A DNA stretch of 61,556 bases, counting the filler, from Sphacelaria rigidula (taxonomy: Eukaryota): the NCBI GenBank assembly GCA_964200075.2. It is 9 parts of 9 records of this genome, joined end to end, with 100 filler letters (N's around TTAATTAATTAA, not from the genome) between each part and the next. Parts side by side here need not be neighbours in the genome. Positions count along the whole stretch, not along the records: positions 1 to 6,751 come from CAXNAA020018255.1; positions 6,852 to 13,602 come from CAXNAA020018256.1; 7 more parts are not named here. One strand, given 5' to 3'. Below the pieces are notes generated by a model. That model worked only from the letters and a program-made list of their open reading frames with translations. It was not told the DNA's origin and searched no databases. Below, one piece after another: positions 1-10,552 of the stretch. The stretch's first letter is position 1. Every line of letters begins with the position of its first letter. The position numbers were made by a program, and so were the translations under genes.

Positions 1-511
1 GTATGGAAGGGGAGGTGTGGTAAATGGTCAACCGACCAAAGCAAGCAACAAATAAGGGCGCCACCCCCCCCCCCCCCAAGGTACAGTACGAACCCGCCTT
101 TGCATATTGGTACATATCGCGGAACTGAATCAGCACACACTCCCGCACCGACGCGTTGACGCTGGTCAAAGTAACTTTCTAATCGGGTACGGTATACCCG
201 ATCTTGTGGTATTTTGAAGAGTCGCACATCGCATTCCCAAGTCAGTCACGATGACTTGCGAGGGCCTTAGAGAGGGCAACATCAGCACTGAGCTCGCTGC
301 TGCCGTGGGCATGCGTCGGATCTCTACTTTTCAAAATAATACAAAATCAGGTATATCCTGCCCGACCTGCCCTTTAAAATTGTTTTTGCTACTCACATAC
401 ATGCTCAAGTTTTCAGTGACGGACGTCAGATCCCATACTTTCCAGAAGCAAAGACAACTGCATATACTGGGAATCAATCTCGCACTCTTCCGACCTAAAT
501 GATCTCATTGT

Positions 512-820
512 ACCCAGCTTTGTAGGGATGCGAGGTCAATGGTGATATGATTATGGCATGCAAGATCATGAGCAACCACCCTCCTCCCCCCCCGTCCCCT
601 CCCAATCGCAGCTATACCACGTCGATAGCACCACACCCAGTCCGCTCAAGCGGCCTCGGGCCAGGCTACTACTACGGTGGGGGAACACGTGGGAACCCTG
701 GTGCTGTTCCTCACAGCCTCGTCCGGCGAAAACCCGGTCTGCTCCGTCCCGGCTTTGTAGAGAGGCGAGGTCAAATGTTCTCATGACTACAGCATGCGAG
801 ATCATGAGTACACCCTCCCA
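512..820 (+). repeat. Two copies of the ~95-nt 'A' 3' tail (512-600, 715-820); others at 3778-3875 -, 6893-7010 -, 24692-24755 -, 33978-34085 -, 40912-41006 -, 48590-48700 +, 48710-48880 +
   Basis: Shared consensus CGGCGAAAACCCGGCGTGCTCCGTCCCGGCTTTGTAGGGATGCGAGGTCAATGGTCTGATGACTACGGCATGCAAGATCATGAGTACACCCCC. Confidence 0.85.
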
Positions 821-2639
821 CATCAAGAGAAAAATCGGAGTCGTGCACGTGTACCGTGGTGCAATAAATAAGACTTTGTGCAGATGCTTTCCCTGTTTCA
901 GCGAAAAAAAAAGAAAAAAATCAAAGATGTCCTTGTGCAGATCTCCTTCTGCTGTAGGAAACACGTATGGATGTTTTTGTGCGTATGCCCTCCCCTCCCT
1001 TTGAGAAAATCAAAGCTGACGCGGGTTTTGTCATCTTCCAGCCAGGAATGGAATTAGGCTTCTCTTTATTATGCTAGCACGGGTTCTGTGTGCATGTGAC
1101 CCATAATTATTTTCAAGATAAACAAATATTTTAGAACCCGTGCTAGCATAATAAGTAGAAGCCTAAATAAAAGGTCATTCGATGCCGGAGCAGCATACGT
1201 ACGTACTCGTAATCTGACATATCCAAAACATGGATGCTGTGTTGTGTTGTGAGTTGTCATCCCATTTATTCTGAACGCCAGTCTACACCTTTCGGTATAT
1301 CTGGGCGCATCAGCCAGGGTCACACGGGAAGATGGCCAACACAGGAGCTTTTTCTTTTTTATTTCGTTTCAGCACTCCACCTTCCTTCTGCGGTGCTTGC
1401 CTTATTTTTTTTTCCCCGCGAGAGGGGTTCAGCAGTTTCTTTCCCTCGTCGACCGTGAGGTCGATTTTTGTGTACCTACGACGTGGTCGCTCTCCATCGT
1501 TGGACATGGTGTGAGAAAAAATCCCAGACCGTGCGACTGCGCCGAGACTCGAACCCACGACCCACCCGGATGCTAGATCTCGTATTTGAGCTACAGTTAT
1601 GTTGTTTTCTCTGAAAGCGCGTCCTTGAAGTTTCGCAATGTAGGTTCCCTTTTTTTCGTGTAGACTTTTTTTGTCTCTGACCCCCCCCCCCCTGTTGGAG
1701 TCTTGGTTAATGGGTATACATGGTGTGCTCCTTGCACTCTATGACCACGGGATCGAGATATCGAGCTAATGTGGCGGCCAAACAAACAATAAGCGTGTCA
1801 TGTACCTTACAGCGCTTGATTGATTCGATCGAACTGTTGATTGTCGCTCAGCAAGCGCTTACATCTCATATAAGCTAATATAGCGCTGACGGTACTGGAA
1901 AGGCGAGTCTACGTCCGTGACCACGGGTCCGAGAAATCGGGCTAATTAATGTGCTGAAAATAAAATAAAGATAGTAATAATTATAACACTCATAGGAAAA
2001 AAACGGGGCGGAACAGTTTGAGGGCACGTGACGACGCGAAGACAAACGATAATCGGATCGCCGTCACAAACGGGAGGCTGCTGCTTCCAGAGCGGCCAAT
2101 CGGAGAATCGTATCTGTCCCTAGCGGTTGTCGATTTTGTCCTTGGCCGGCGGTATTGCGGCGTGTAGAGAAAGTACCCGTACTTTCTCTACATAAGTGCC
2201 CCCTGCTGTGTGTCTGTACCTCCTCTACTGCTCGGAATACTTCGGATTTCACAACTTATGTAGTCTCCTTTATCTCTGTTCGCCCTTTCCTCATCTTTCT
2301 CTGTGTATGTATGTGTTCTTTCCTATCTGGGTACGACGGAGCAGTTCGATGGCTCGCTTTCGTAGGGATTCATCAATGAGAGGTATCACACCCAAAATGG
2401 TGAGATGACAGTAGATGAGCCTCAATCGTTTCCCACGGTCTTTCGCTTTTCACGAGTGGGGATGAATATGATTTCCCCGTAAGACCTTTTCCACCGAAGC
2501 CAGTGCTGCAAAGGCCGGCCGTTTCACGTTTTTTTTTTTCTGTGTTATGTTTTTTTCTTTTCTTTTCTCAGTTGACTCTGCTGGTCTGTTCTACCTTTTC
2601 TGTTTTTCTTCGCTTTTCTTCAGCGCGTGTTTCAGTGTT

Positions 2640-2760
2640 GTTTTGTTGTCTCGGGTAAGTCCATCATGTGGATGATGACCACGACTGGATCAAGACTCCT
2701 GGGGGGGGGGGGAGGCAGTGAAGTGCGACAATCAACCAATCAATGAATCAATGAATCAAA
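2640..2760 (+). repeat. Retroelement 3'-end family 'C' with (AATC)n tail; copies 3031-3085 (-) and 15275-15355 (+)
   Basis: Shared GACCACGACTGGATCCCTTGGGGATCAGTTAACGTGCGACA followed by a short tandem-repeat tail. Confidence 0.65.
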
Positions 2761-2849
2761 TATAATGAATATGCTTGTGATTATAGTACTAATATTGGTA
2801 CTTGAACAAAACTGATACTGACACTAATGTCAGTAATGCTAAGACTAAT

Positions 2850-2999
2850 AATACTACTACTAATGATACTGCTACTGCTCTACTACTACTGCTCTACTGC
2901 TACTGGTACGACTGCTACTACTACTACTACTACTGCTACTACGACTACTACTGCTACTGCTGCTGCTACTACTACTACGACGACGACGACAACGATGAT

Positions 3000-3030
<31 letters not shown>
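2850..3030. repeat. (TAC/TGC/GAC)n trinucleotide microsatellite
   Basis: Directly visible; it explains the poly-Y/T/S/V ORFs. Confidence 0.95.
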
Positions 3031-3031
<1 letters not shown>

Positions 3032-3389
3032 GCTTGTCGCACGTGAACTGATCCCCAAGGGATCCAGTCGCGGCCACGAGAGGTGAACAAAATGGGAACA
3101 CTCGCTGAACGAAACTCAAGAGAGCGGAAGATTAAAAACGGAAGAGAAAAAAGATGACAGAGAAAAAAAGAAAAAAAGAAAAAATATATCAGAGTGAACG
3201 AACTGAAAAACAAAAGCTTCCCCGGTGAAGAAGGGGTGAGCGCACGAAATGTTTTGGGGGCGGTGAGCTGCTTGCTGGTGCCGGCTCTCTCTAGATCTCT
3301 CTCTTCCTATCTCTCTCTCTCTCTCTGATTGCAGATTGTAATTGATAAATGCGTTTTTGTTTTGCTTGTTCTCGACTCTTCTCTCTTAT

Positions 3390-3777
3390 TTTTTTTCGTT
3401 TTGCCGACTATGCCGAGACGGTACCAACAACCACGCCTTGAGGAACCAAACATTCGCTTACCCGCGTGTAGATGCTGCCGCGTCCCGGTGGTGGAATGGT
3501 ACAACTCATACCCCCTTAGGTCAGAACATATAAGTTTGACTCCAGGCAGAAATATGCATGTACTTGGGCTTTTCCTTAAGCAGATGCTTATGTTCAACAC
3601 TTTACTGCGTAATATTCCGTGTAAGCGTCTAATATTTTTTTCCCTGGAGTGTTTCGCTGAGGATGTGGGGATGTACACGAAGGTCAAAAAAAGATTATAT
3701 GACGAGAGTCGACACGGTGTAGGATCGTTAGTCATGATCCAGTCCGCGATACCGAATTTCAAGGCGTGTACCGTACG
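3390..3777 (-). repeat. ~390-nt dispersed repeat 'B'; second copy 4614-5150 (+, interrupted by a MITE), partial third 24600-24692 (-)
   Basis: Copies share ACGCCTT...TTCGGTATCG...GGATCATGACTAAC...GACTCTCGTCA. The two long copies also share ...CACCACCGG...CAGCATCTA...CATAGTCGGCAAAAC, followed by A-rich/(GA)n sequence. Confidence 0.7.
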
Positions 3778-4026
3778 GGGGGTGTACTCGTGATTTTGCA
3801 TGCCGTAGTCATATGAACATTTACCTCGCATCGCTACAAAGCCGGGACGGAGCACGCCGGGTTTTCGCCGGTACCTGGGGTGCGATGGTTGGTTCCTTTT
3901 GAGACCACGGACTCGCTCCAAGGGAGGAGAGGGGTTCGAAGTGTTCCCTCTTTCCCATGGGGCTGGCGTCCAACCGACACCAACCCCATGTGCTCATGAC
4001 CATGGTATTCAAAATCATGAGTACAT

Positions 4027-4540
4027 GGGGTTGGCGTCGGTTGGCAACGACGCTGTAAAACACGCCACTCACTGCGAGAGGTAGGCAACCAGGTTACCGC
4101 TTTTTTTGCGCTTGCGTTTTATTTGCCGTAACCGTGATGGTGGTCGAGCTAGATCATATTGTGCGGCGTGGGAGAACCTCAACTCCGCACAGTGGGGATG
4201 ATCGTATTACGTAGTGCTTACATGGTGAGACAACCATGAGGCAGTGCGTAAGACGTGGCTGTCTCTGGAAGTGGCGATACCAGAAAATAAAGCAACTCAT
4301 TGGAGGCTGCCATCCAAATGCAAGATGATCAGTAGACTTCGTGCCGAACAATCTTAGCACGATGCAGCTCACCCTTCATGCGACTCTCCGAACACATAAC
4401 AGCGCTCCGCGCTTGGTAATTGATTGCGAGTCTGATACGGCAAAACCCCGGCGTGCCTCGTTCCGGCTTTGTGGGGATGCGAGGTCAACGGCCATATGGC
4501 TACGGTATGCAAGATCATGAGTCCCCTCCCCCCCCCCCCA
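4027..4540 (+). mobile_element. ~515-nt non-coding SINE-like element 'A' ending ATGAGT-C-run; second full-length copy 52535-53047 (-)
   Basis: The two copies align end to end from GGGGTTGGCGTCGGTTGGCAA to ...GGGATGCGAGGTCAA.GG...GCAAGATCATGAGT.C.CCCC. No ORF. Confidence 0.75.
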
Positions 4541-4729
4541 TCCCTCCGTCTCGGAAGGGATACGTGGTCAATGATCAAATAACCCAAGGCAAGAAACAGA
4601 TGGTTACGCCTTACCCCCTCGGTCCAAGCCTTGCCATTCGGTATCGTCGATTGGATCATGACTAACACTCCTACACCGGGTCGGCTCTCGTCAAATTATG
4701 TTATTTTGGCGCTCATCTTCTCACATGTT

Positions 4730-4899
4730 CACAGCCTGGACAATATGTGGTCAACAGATGCAATACATCCCAAATATACTGGATTCAGAATGGGCCTACT
4801 GCAACTAGTGTCGGTCGACAAGAGTCGCAAAAGACCTATACTTCATCCAGTACATGTTTGGTCTATTGCATCTATTGGCCATATATTGTCCAAGGTGTG
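4730..4899. mobile_element. MITE with CACACCCTGGACAA TIRs; other copies 49452-49589, 49913-50050, 59941-60008
   Basis: Inverted termini. Flanks are cACATGTT/tACATGTT, cAAGAATG/gAAGAATG, GACTT/GACTT and aATGGTTC/gATGGTTC. Confidence 0.85.
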
Positions 4900-5202
4900 T
4901 ACATGTTCGACGAATATGTTTCAGGCAAAAAAACACACCCTAGAGTGTCTGCTTCAGCAAAAATAAAAGAGGATCAACTGCATCTGCTGGGAGTGAAACA
5001 TGCATTTTTCCGACCGAAGGGCGTAGTTTGTATCATTACACCACCGGCGCACGACAGCATCTATGCACGGTTAGGCGAATATTTGGCTCTTCAAGACGGG
5101 GTTCTTGGCGTGAACGCCGGCATCTTATTGTCATAGTCGGCAAAACAAAACCAAGGAAAGAGCCGAGAACAAATAAAAGAAAATATCAATACTGAAAAGC
5201 AA

Positions 5203-5239
<37 letters not shown>

Positions 5240-5251
5240 GGCAAAAGCAAG

Positions 5252-5299
<48 letters not shown>

Positions 5300-5779
5300 C
5301 GCCCCCCCCCTTGTCTTGTTTTTCTTNNNNNNNNNNATAAAAAAGAAAAACATAAAACGCAAACACGGCCACACAAGACAAGAGCGATAAGAGCAAGGGG
5401 GCCGCCCCCAACAACCCCCCCCCCCCCCCCCCCCCCAAATGCTGCGTGCTTTCACCCCTCGTTGACTGGGCAGGTTTTTGCTTTTCTGAATGGCCCCTTA
5501 GCTATCCCGAATCGTCCCTGGTGAGGAATGACTTCCTTGTGAGCCGGCATGTGGATTAGAGCCAGATTCGTTACCAATTGCAGGTAGATATGTAGATGAT
5601 AACAGCTACACATACGAATAACACCCCCCGGACTGTTGGTTCCCTCTCAGAATAGGGGTTGGGTGGCCAATCAATCAAAGCCATATACATATATACTATT
5701 CACAGACAAAAGAGAAACTCGCAGTACCTGTTGGAGCCTCGAGCTCGAACAGAAAAAACACAGGTGAAACGTTAATATG

Positions 5780-6133
5780 GCCGGTCGCCCCGGTGGCTCA
5801 GTGGGTAACCTCGAAACCTTCTGACGATTGGGTCGTGGATTTGAACCTCGGAGCGATCTGGGTTTTTTTTTCTCACAAAATGCCCAACAGTGGAGAGCGA
5901 CTATGTCGTGGGTACAGGAAAATTCGACTCAACGGTCGGCAAGGTGAAGCACCCGCTGAACCCCTCTCGCGATAAAAAATTAAAGGCGAGCACCGCGGAA
6001 GGAAGGTGGAGGAGAAAAACAAACAAGGGAGGAAAAACTCCTGTGTTGACCTTCCTCCTGTGTGACCCCGGCTGGTGTGCCCATATTTACCAAAAGGTGT
6101 AGAGCGGCGGCTAGAATAGATGGCGACAGCACA
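5780..6133 (+). mobile_element. tRNA-derived SINE, full length; other copies 1236-1570 -, 12523-12625 - (head), 18618-18712 +, 20188-20453 +, 20625-20902 -, 58225-58317 +, 61096-61235 -
   Basis: Head GCCGGTCGCCCCGGTGGCTCAGTTGGTAA (A box) ...GTGGGTTCGAATC (B box, intact in the 12523 copy). Conserved body; 3' end CCAGAATAGATGGGG followed by (CA)n or (CAACA)n. Confidence 0.85.
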
Positions 6134-6581
6134 TTGCTATTAGTGATGCCCTTATCATCGTGAGCCAACATGTTTTTACATAAGAGCTGCATGTTTCTGT
6201 GATGAAGAAAAACAGATGGTGGATAAATGAACTATACCAATGGGGGGCGGAAACATGCGCGGGAGTAAGCATAGCAAAGCACGTAGAGCAAGGCGAAGAT
6301 AAGCAAAGCAAAGGACGGTAAGACGAAGCAAAATCACAGCAAAATCAAAGCGAAGAAAAAGCGAAGAAAAAGCGAAGCAAAAGCGAAGTAAAAGTAAAGA
6401 AAACACGAAACACAGCAAAAAAAAACGAAACGAAACGAAACGAAACGAAACAAAACAAAGCAGAGATGAGCAACGCGAAGTACAGCACAGCACAGGGGAA
6501 AAGCAAGGAATGAGCACAGTACAACAACCTTTTCTGCGAACAGAAGAAAAATACAGTAAAAAAAAACGCCTCGATACGCAC

Positions 6582-6733
6582 CTCGATCCTGAGAAACGGG
6601 CGAAACCACCACTGTACAGCCACACCGTTAACGGATTAAATGACGTCACCAGCGCGTATAATCGAAGGTCGAACTTCTTTCCACCGACAAGATACGGATT
6701 TTCCACATAACGCTGCGCGATGTAGCCTTCCGC
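6582..6733 (-). CDS. Internal exon of a tubulin-tyrosine-ligase-like polyglutamylase (TTLL9-like)
   Basis: CAG| acceptor and AG|GTGCGT donor. Encodes [51 protein letters not shown], which has the TTL QxYIxNP...KFDLRxYxLV...GFARF motifs. Other exons were not found in this contig. Confidence 0.88.
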
Positions 6734-6751
6734 CTGATTTGTTTTTGTATT

Positions 6752-6851
6752 NNNNNNNNNNNNNNNNNNNNNNNNNNNNNNNNNNNNNNNNNNNNTTAAT
6801 TAATTAANNNNNNNNNNNNNNNNNNNNNNNNNNNNNNNNNNNNNNNNNNNN
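6752..6851. other. Artificial contig linker N44-TTAATTAATTAA-N44 (also 13603-13702, 20454-20553, 27305-27404, 34156-34255, 41007-41106, 47857-47956, 54707-54806)
   Basis: Eight identical 100-nt spacers carrying a six-frame stop motif. The intervening segments are all 6751 or 6750 nt, as expected for length-sorted contigs. Confidence 0.98.
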
Positions 6852-7108
6852 CATTACACAAAAACCTTTTTACATATCTTATCCCCGGGAAAGGGGGGGG
6901 GGGGAGGGGAGGGGTGTACTCATGATCATGCATGCGAGAGTCATCAGACCATTGACTTCGCATCCCTACAAAGCCGGGGCGGAGCCGGGTTTTGCTGGGC
7001 CAGGCTCGCTCTCAATCACCAAGCGGGGGGGGGGGGAATGCGTCATGACCACTAACTGAAAATATGACAACACCATGGTTCATCACACAAGAACATCCAA
7101 GGACGTAC

Positions 7109-10100
7109 TTCGTGTCGACCTCACGGGCCTTGGCCGTGGCGGTGGACGCAGCAGCAGCAACTCGCCCGCTGATGTTGTGCGTCTCGTTCACACTCCGCGC
7201 CTGAATAGGCCATTTTTCAAAAGAGCAAGGGTTCACAAGGTTGGATACGAGGGAAGTTCCGCACTTGAAACCATGCTTCATTTCAGCATAACAGCAGGTG
7301 CCGCATCATACAGCAAGTGGTGAGGGGCACGTCGACAATAAATCGGATTACACGCGATTATTTCGCCGTACAACTGGGGTGAACGCACTGACCTCACTGC
7401 TATTTTGCTATCCAATGCGTGTAGAGCACCGATTCCAAACGAAAAAGCTTTGTATCTCGATCAAGTGAAACTCCCATTCCAGCATGATAAACTGTTGGAT
7501 TGTCTTGATATACTACTCCGGCTTGTCCGGCCTGCAAGACTGCTGCATGCGCAAAAGAGAAATGCGCGTAGAGCAGAAGATGGAACTGCTGTTGTTCATC
7601 ACACATAGTGTACCACTTGCCGTTTCGCTCGCCCGTGCTGTCAAGGACTTGGCCGTTTCGCTGACGCCTAGTCTTTCATCGAACAAGCGCGTGTACACCA
7701 TACCCTGCTCGAAAATGCTTTTGAGCCATTCCACCGTCGTCAGGGTTCTCTCGGGCGCTCGCTCTGACACAAAAGAAGACAAGTTTATAAACGACAACGT
7801 GACAAACGAAAGGTCAAGGCTGCCTGCATCATTCCTGTGGGGTTGACTGAAACGGCATGTCCTCGTAATAGTAGTTATGGATAGTCCGGGTACCCAGCCA
7901 ACGCGCGACCGACGGAGGCAAAGACCTGTTGACAAGCAACGGTATGCGGGACAAACGTGGCGAATAGAGAGCCATTACGGCTCGTTGCTGTAGAAAACGC
8001 ATTGAACGAAAAAACGTCAACAGGAGGCACACAAAATGTCATCATCCAAAAGTACACACTGTACTGTTAAATGATCTGAACACAGAGCACAGTGAAGCGC
8101 AACAGGACAACAAAGAGGTTCACGGTTAGGACAAATCATCACGACTCAAAATCACCAAATTCACGATTTCTTCGGCCTGATTGCCCAAAAGAGAGAAAAG
8201 AGTTGATCGCTGGTCCAACGGGTATCCACGCAACTTTTGCGCCATTTCGTGTCTGGGCTGCGTGTACCTGGGTTGCAACGCTGTAATAAAGCCTAGGGAT
8301 TTATTCGTCACGAGTCGACTCATTATACTGAAACCAAGTAATTTTCAGACGAATCATTATTTGTCCGACCCTTGGAAAGGTTAGGCCAGCCGCTCACAGG
8401 TATGGGCAATAGATTGTCCAAAGGTGCTGAGGGTAGAGTACCATACTCGAGGTTGTCAGTCCATCGTTGAACACTCCACGAGTACGTGGGACATCGATTG
8501 CTCGAAATACCGAGCATCCCGTGGCACCTGAAACATTCATTTTCCGTATCCGTGTCCGTACCACCGTTGGAATGCTCTTTTCCATCACTCGCTGACAACC
8601 AAACCGACAGATTGGTAGAATGGTATCGCCACACAAACAAGAGCGAGAAGCTCCGTGGGCGCGTAGGTGTTTGTACAGCCGCACCGTGGCAACAGCAGCA
8701 CGCTCCCCTGTAGCATAATTATTTGGCCACAAAGACCAAGATGGCGCTCGTCCTAGTCATAGACTTCCAAGCTACAATCTTCACCCACACAAAGCAGCCG
8801 CCGAGTACAGAAACGAAAACAACGGCCTGTTGGCGATTCTATATTAGATACCTGGTAACACCAACATACGATACAATGATCCAATATCATCGAACACAAA
8901 CCAAGTTGTTTTGCAACATGAGGGGGTAACGCTGCGCTCAGGGATCACCTTTGACTAGCACAAAGGCAGAGTTCGACCATGACTCGTGAACGCGAGTGCC
9001 AACGGATGCGCACGTAGGCATAATGGATTGGAGCCGGGTTAGCATTCACAGTTTCTACATTCTTCTCCGGAGCAGTTGGTCGCACCTTCGCCTTCCCCGC
9101 CGACGGCGGGTGCGTCGCTGACATTTTCGGAAGCCAGAGATCCATCTTTGAGAGTTGGCATGGATGATGCGAGGCTTACGGTGCAGTTTGACCCCAAGAT
9201 ATCTCGTCCGTTCGCTTTAAGAGCCGCCACGGCTGCCTCCGACTCGGCATATACCACAACGGCTCTCTGCGTCTTGCCTGTCCGATCAAAACGACGCAGA
9301 CATTGATTGCACAATAACGTACATTCATGCGTGTGTTATGCAGGCTTCACGAGTTATCGTGACTGCATACCTGCGTACCGAGTACCTCGTGCCACTCACA
9401 GTTTCCCCAAGTGCGACGTACGCATATCATGCGTTTCAGTGGCCGTCGAGAGTTACGGAAAGTGATGCGATTTGATGGGTTTAAAGGATAGGATCCATTC
9501 GCCAATCCGCCAATGGTATGTATGTAGACAGCTACCAGAGGAAATGATAAAGCAGGCACATGGGACGTGACGTGAACGACCTGTCGAGGCATTGTAAACA
9601 TCTTATTGTCAGGATACGTGGGAGTAACCAACATCCGGTTACCCGTCGACTTGGTTACTGTAATTGGAGTCGACCTTTTCATGCGCATTATAAATCTGAC
9701 AGCTCAGCGTGTCGTTAGTCTCCGTCCGTGCGACACATGATGACATCAAACGCTCATCATACTCATCTTACCAATCGAATCGCAACATGGCAGACAAGCA
9801 CAGGGATGTTGTCACTCTGACGCATGATCGCATCACTCGCGCTAGTAGAGCTTAGCTGCGGTAAAACGCCAACCGTTCTCACTTTCTTCATTCGCCTGCA
9901 GAAGCAGCTTCGAGATCTCTCCGAACGCGGAGAATACCTGATTTCAGCGGGATTTCGTGTCGGTTCAGCAGACAAAACAGAGCGGACGGAGCAGAGAACA
10001 AAAGTGAGTGTTGATTCTTTTGGTCACACGAAGGCCGGGTCGGACAAAATCGCACAAGAACGCCCACGTTGGTGCTGTGTACACTACAGTCAAAGAGGTT

Positions 10101-10552
10101 TAAAACCCCAGGCTGTGGCAAAATCACACGGACATGGTGCCGCAGCCATCTGCACGCTCAGCAAAGCATATGCCCTGCAGGCGATGTTTTGGGAAAGCAC
10201 GCACAGGTAAAAGACCTAGCCATTGGGACACTTCTCTCGTGGCAACGTCGGGGTTTCCCCCAATCGCGCCGAGCAACGCGCGCACACTCCTTGCTTGTAT
10301 TGCCCGTACTTCCCACAAAGCTTTACTGATAACTAGCGATGCATACGGCAGCAGCTCCCAGTAGGCAGCTACCTGAACTTGCCCTCGTGCTCTGGTGTTG
10401 CATCACCGCGCTTTCAGTCATCCACTCGCCTGTACGATGGAAGATTCGGTGAGCTCTTGGTCGAGCAAGGGGATATCCTGGACCAAGATTGAGCGCACCG
10501 CTTCGAGTTCCGTCACCGGGTGCTCCAAGGCGTCACCCTTACTGGCTTTCAT
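7109..10552 (-). CDS. RRM-domain protein, Vip1/BPA1-like; exons 10552-10430, 9937-9883, 9277-9086, 7763-7621, 7200-7109 (3' end runs off contig)
   Basis: All five exons join in phase (0,1,1,0): MKASKGDALEHPVTELEAVRSILVQDIPLLDQELTESSIVQ|VFSAFGEISKLLLQANEE|SKTQRAVVVYAESEAAVAALKANGRDILGSNCTVSLAS...|ERAPERTLTTVEWLKSIFEQGMVYTRLFDERLGVSETAKSLTARASET|ARSVNETHNISGRVAAAASTATAKAREVDTK. The N-terminal part has RRM pattern. Two introns need GC donors. Confidence 0.8.

Noticed and set aside
3778..4540. A tails as TIRs of one DNA transposon
   Set aside because: Other copies are solitary or in direct tandem, no TSD was found, and the tail is homologous to a LINE 3' end.
5787..5860. Functional tRNA gene (also at 12550, 20195, 20830)
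   Set aside because: There is no 3' acceptor strand and the arms are degenerate. The copies continue into shared SINE sequence.
6915..6960. Hammerhead ribozyme in the A tail (CTGATGA on the minus strand)
   Set aside because: No GAAA follows a stem II, and CTGATGA is not conserved among copies.
8685..8707. Micro-exon GERAAVAT in the RRM gene
   Set aside because: Including it breaks the phase; the flanking exons already join in frame.
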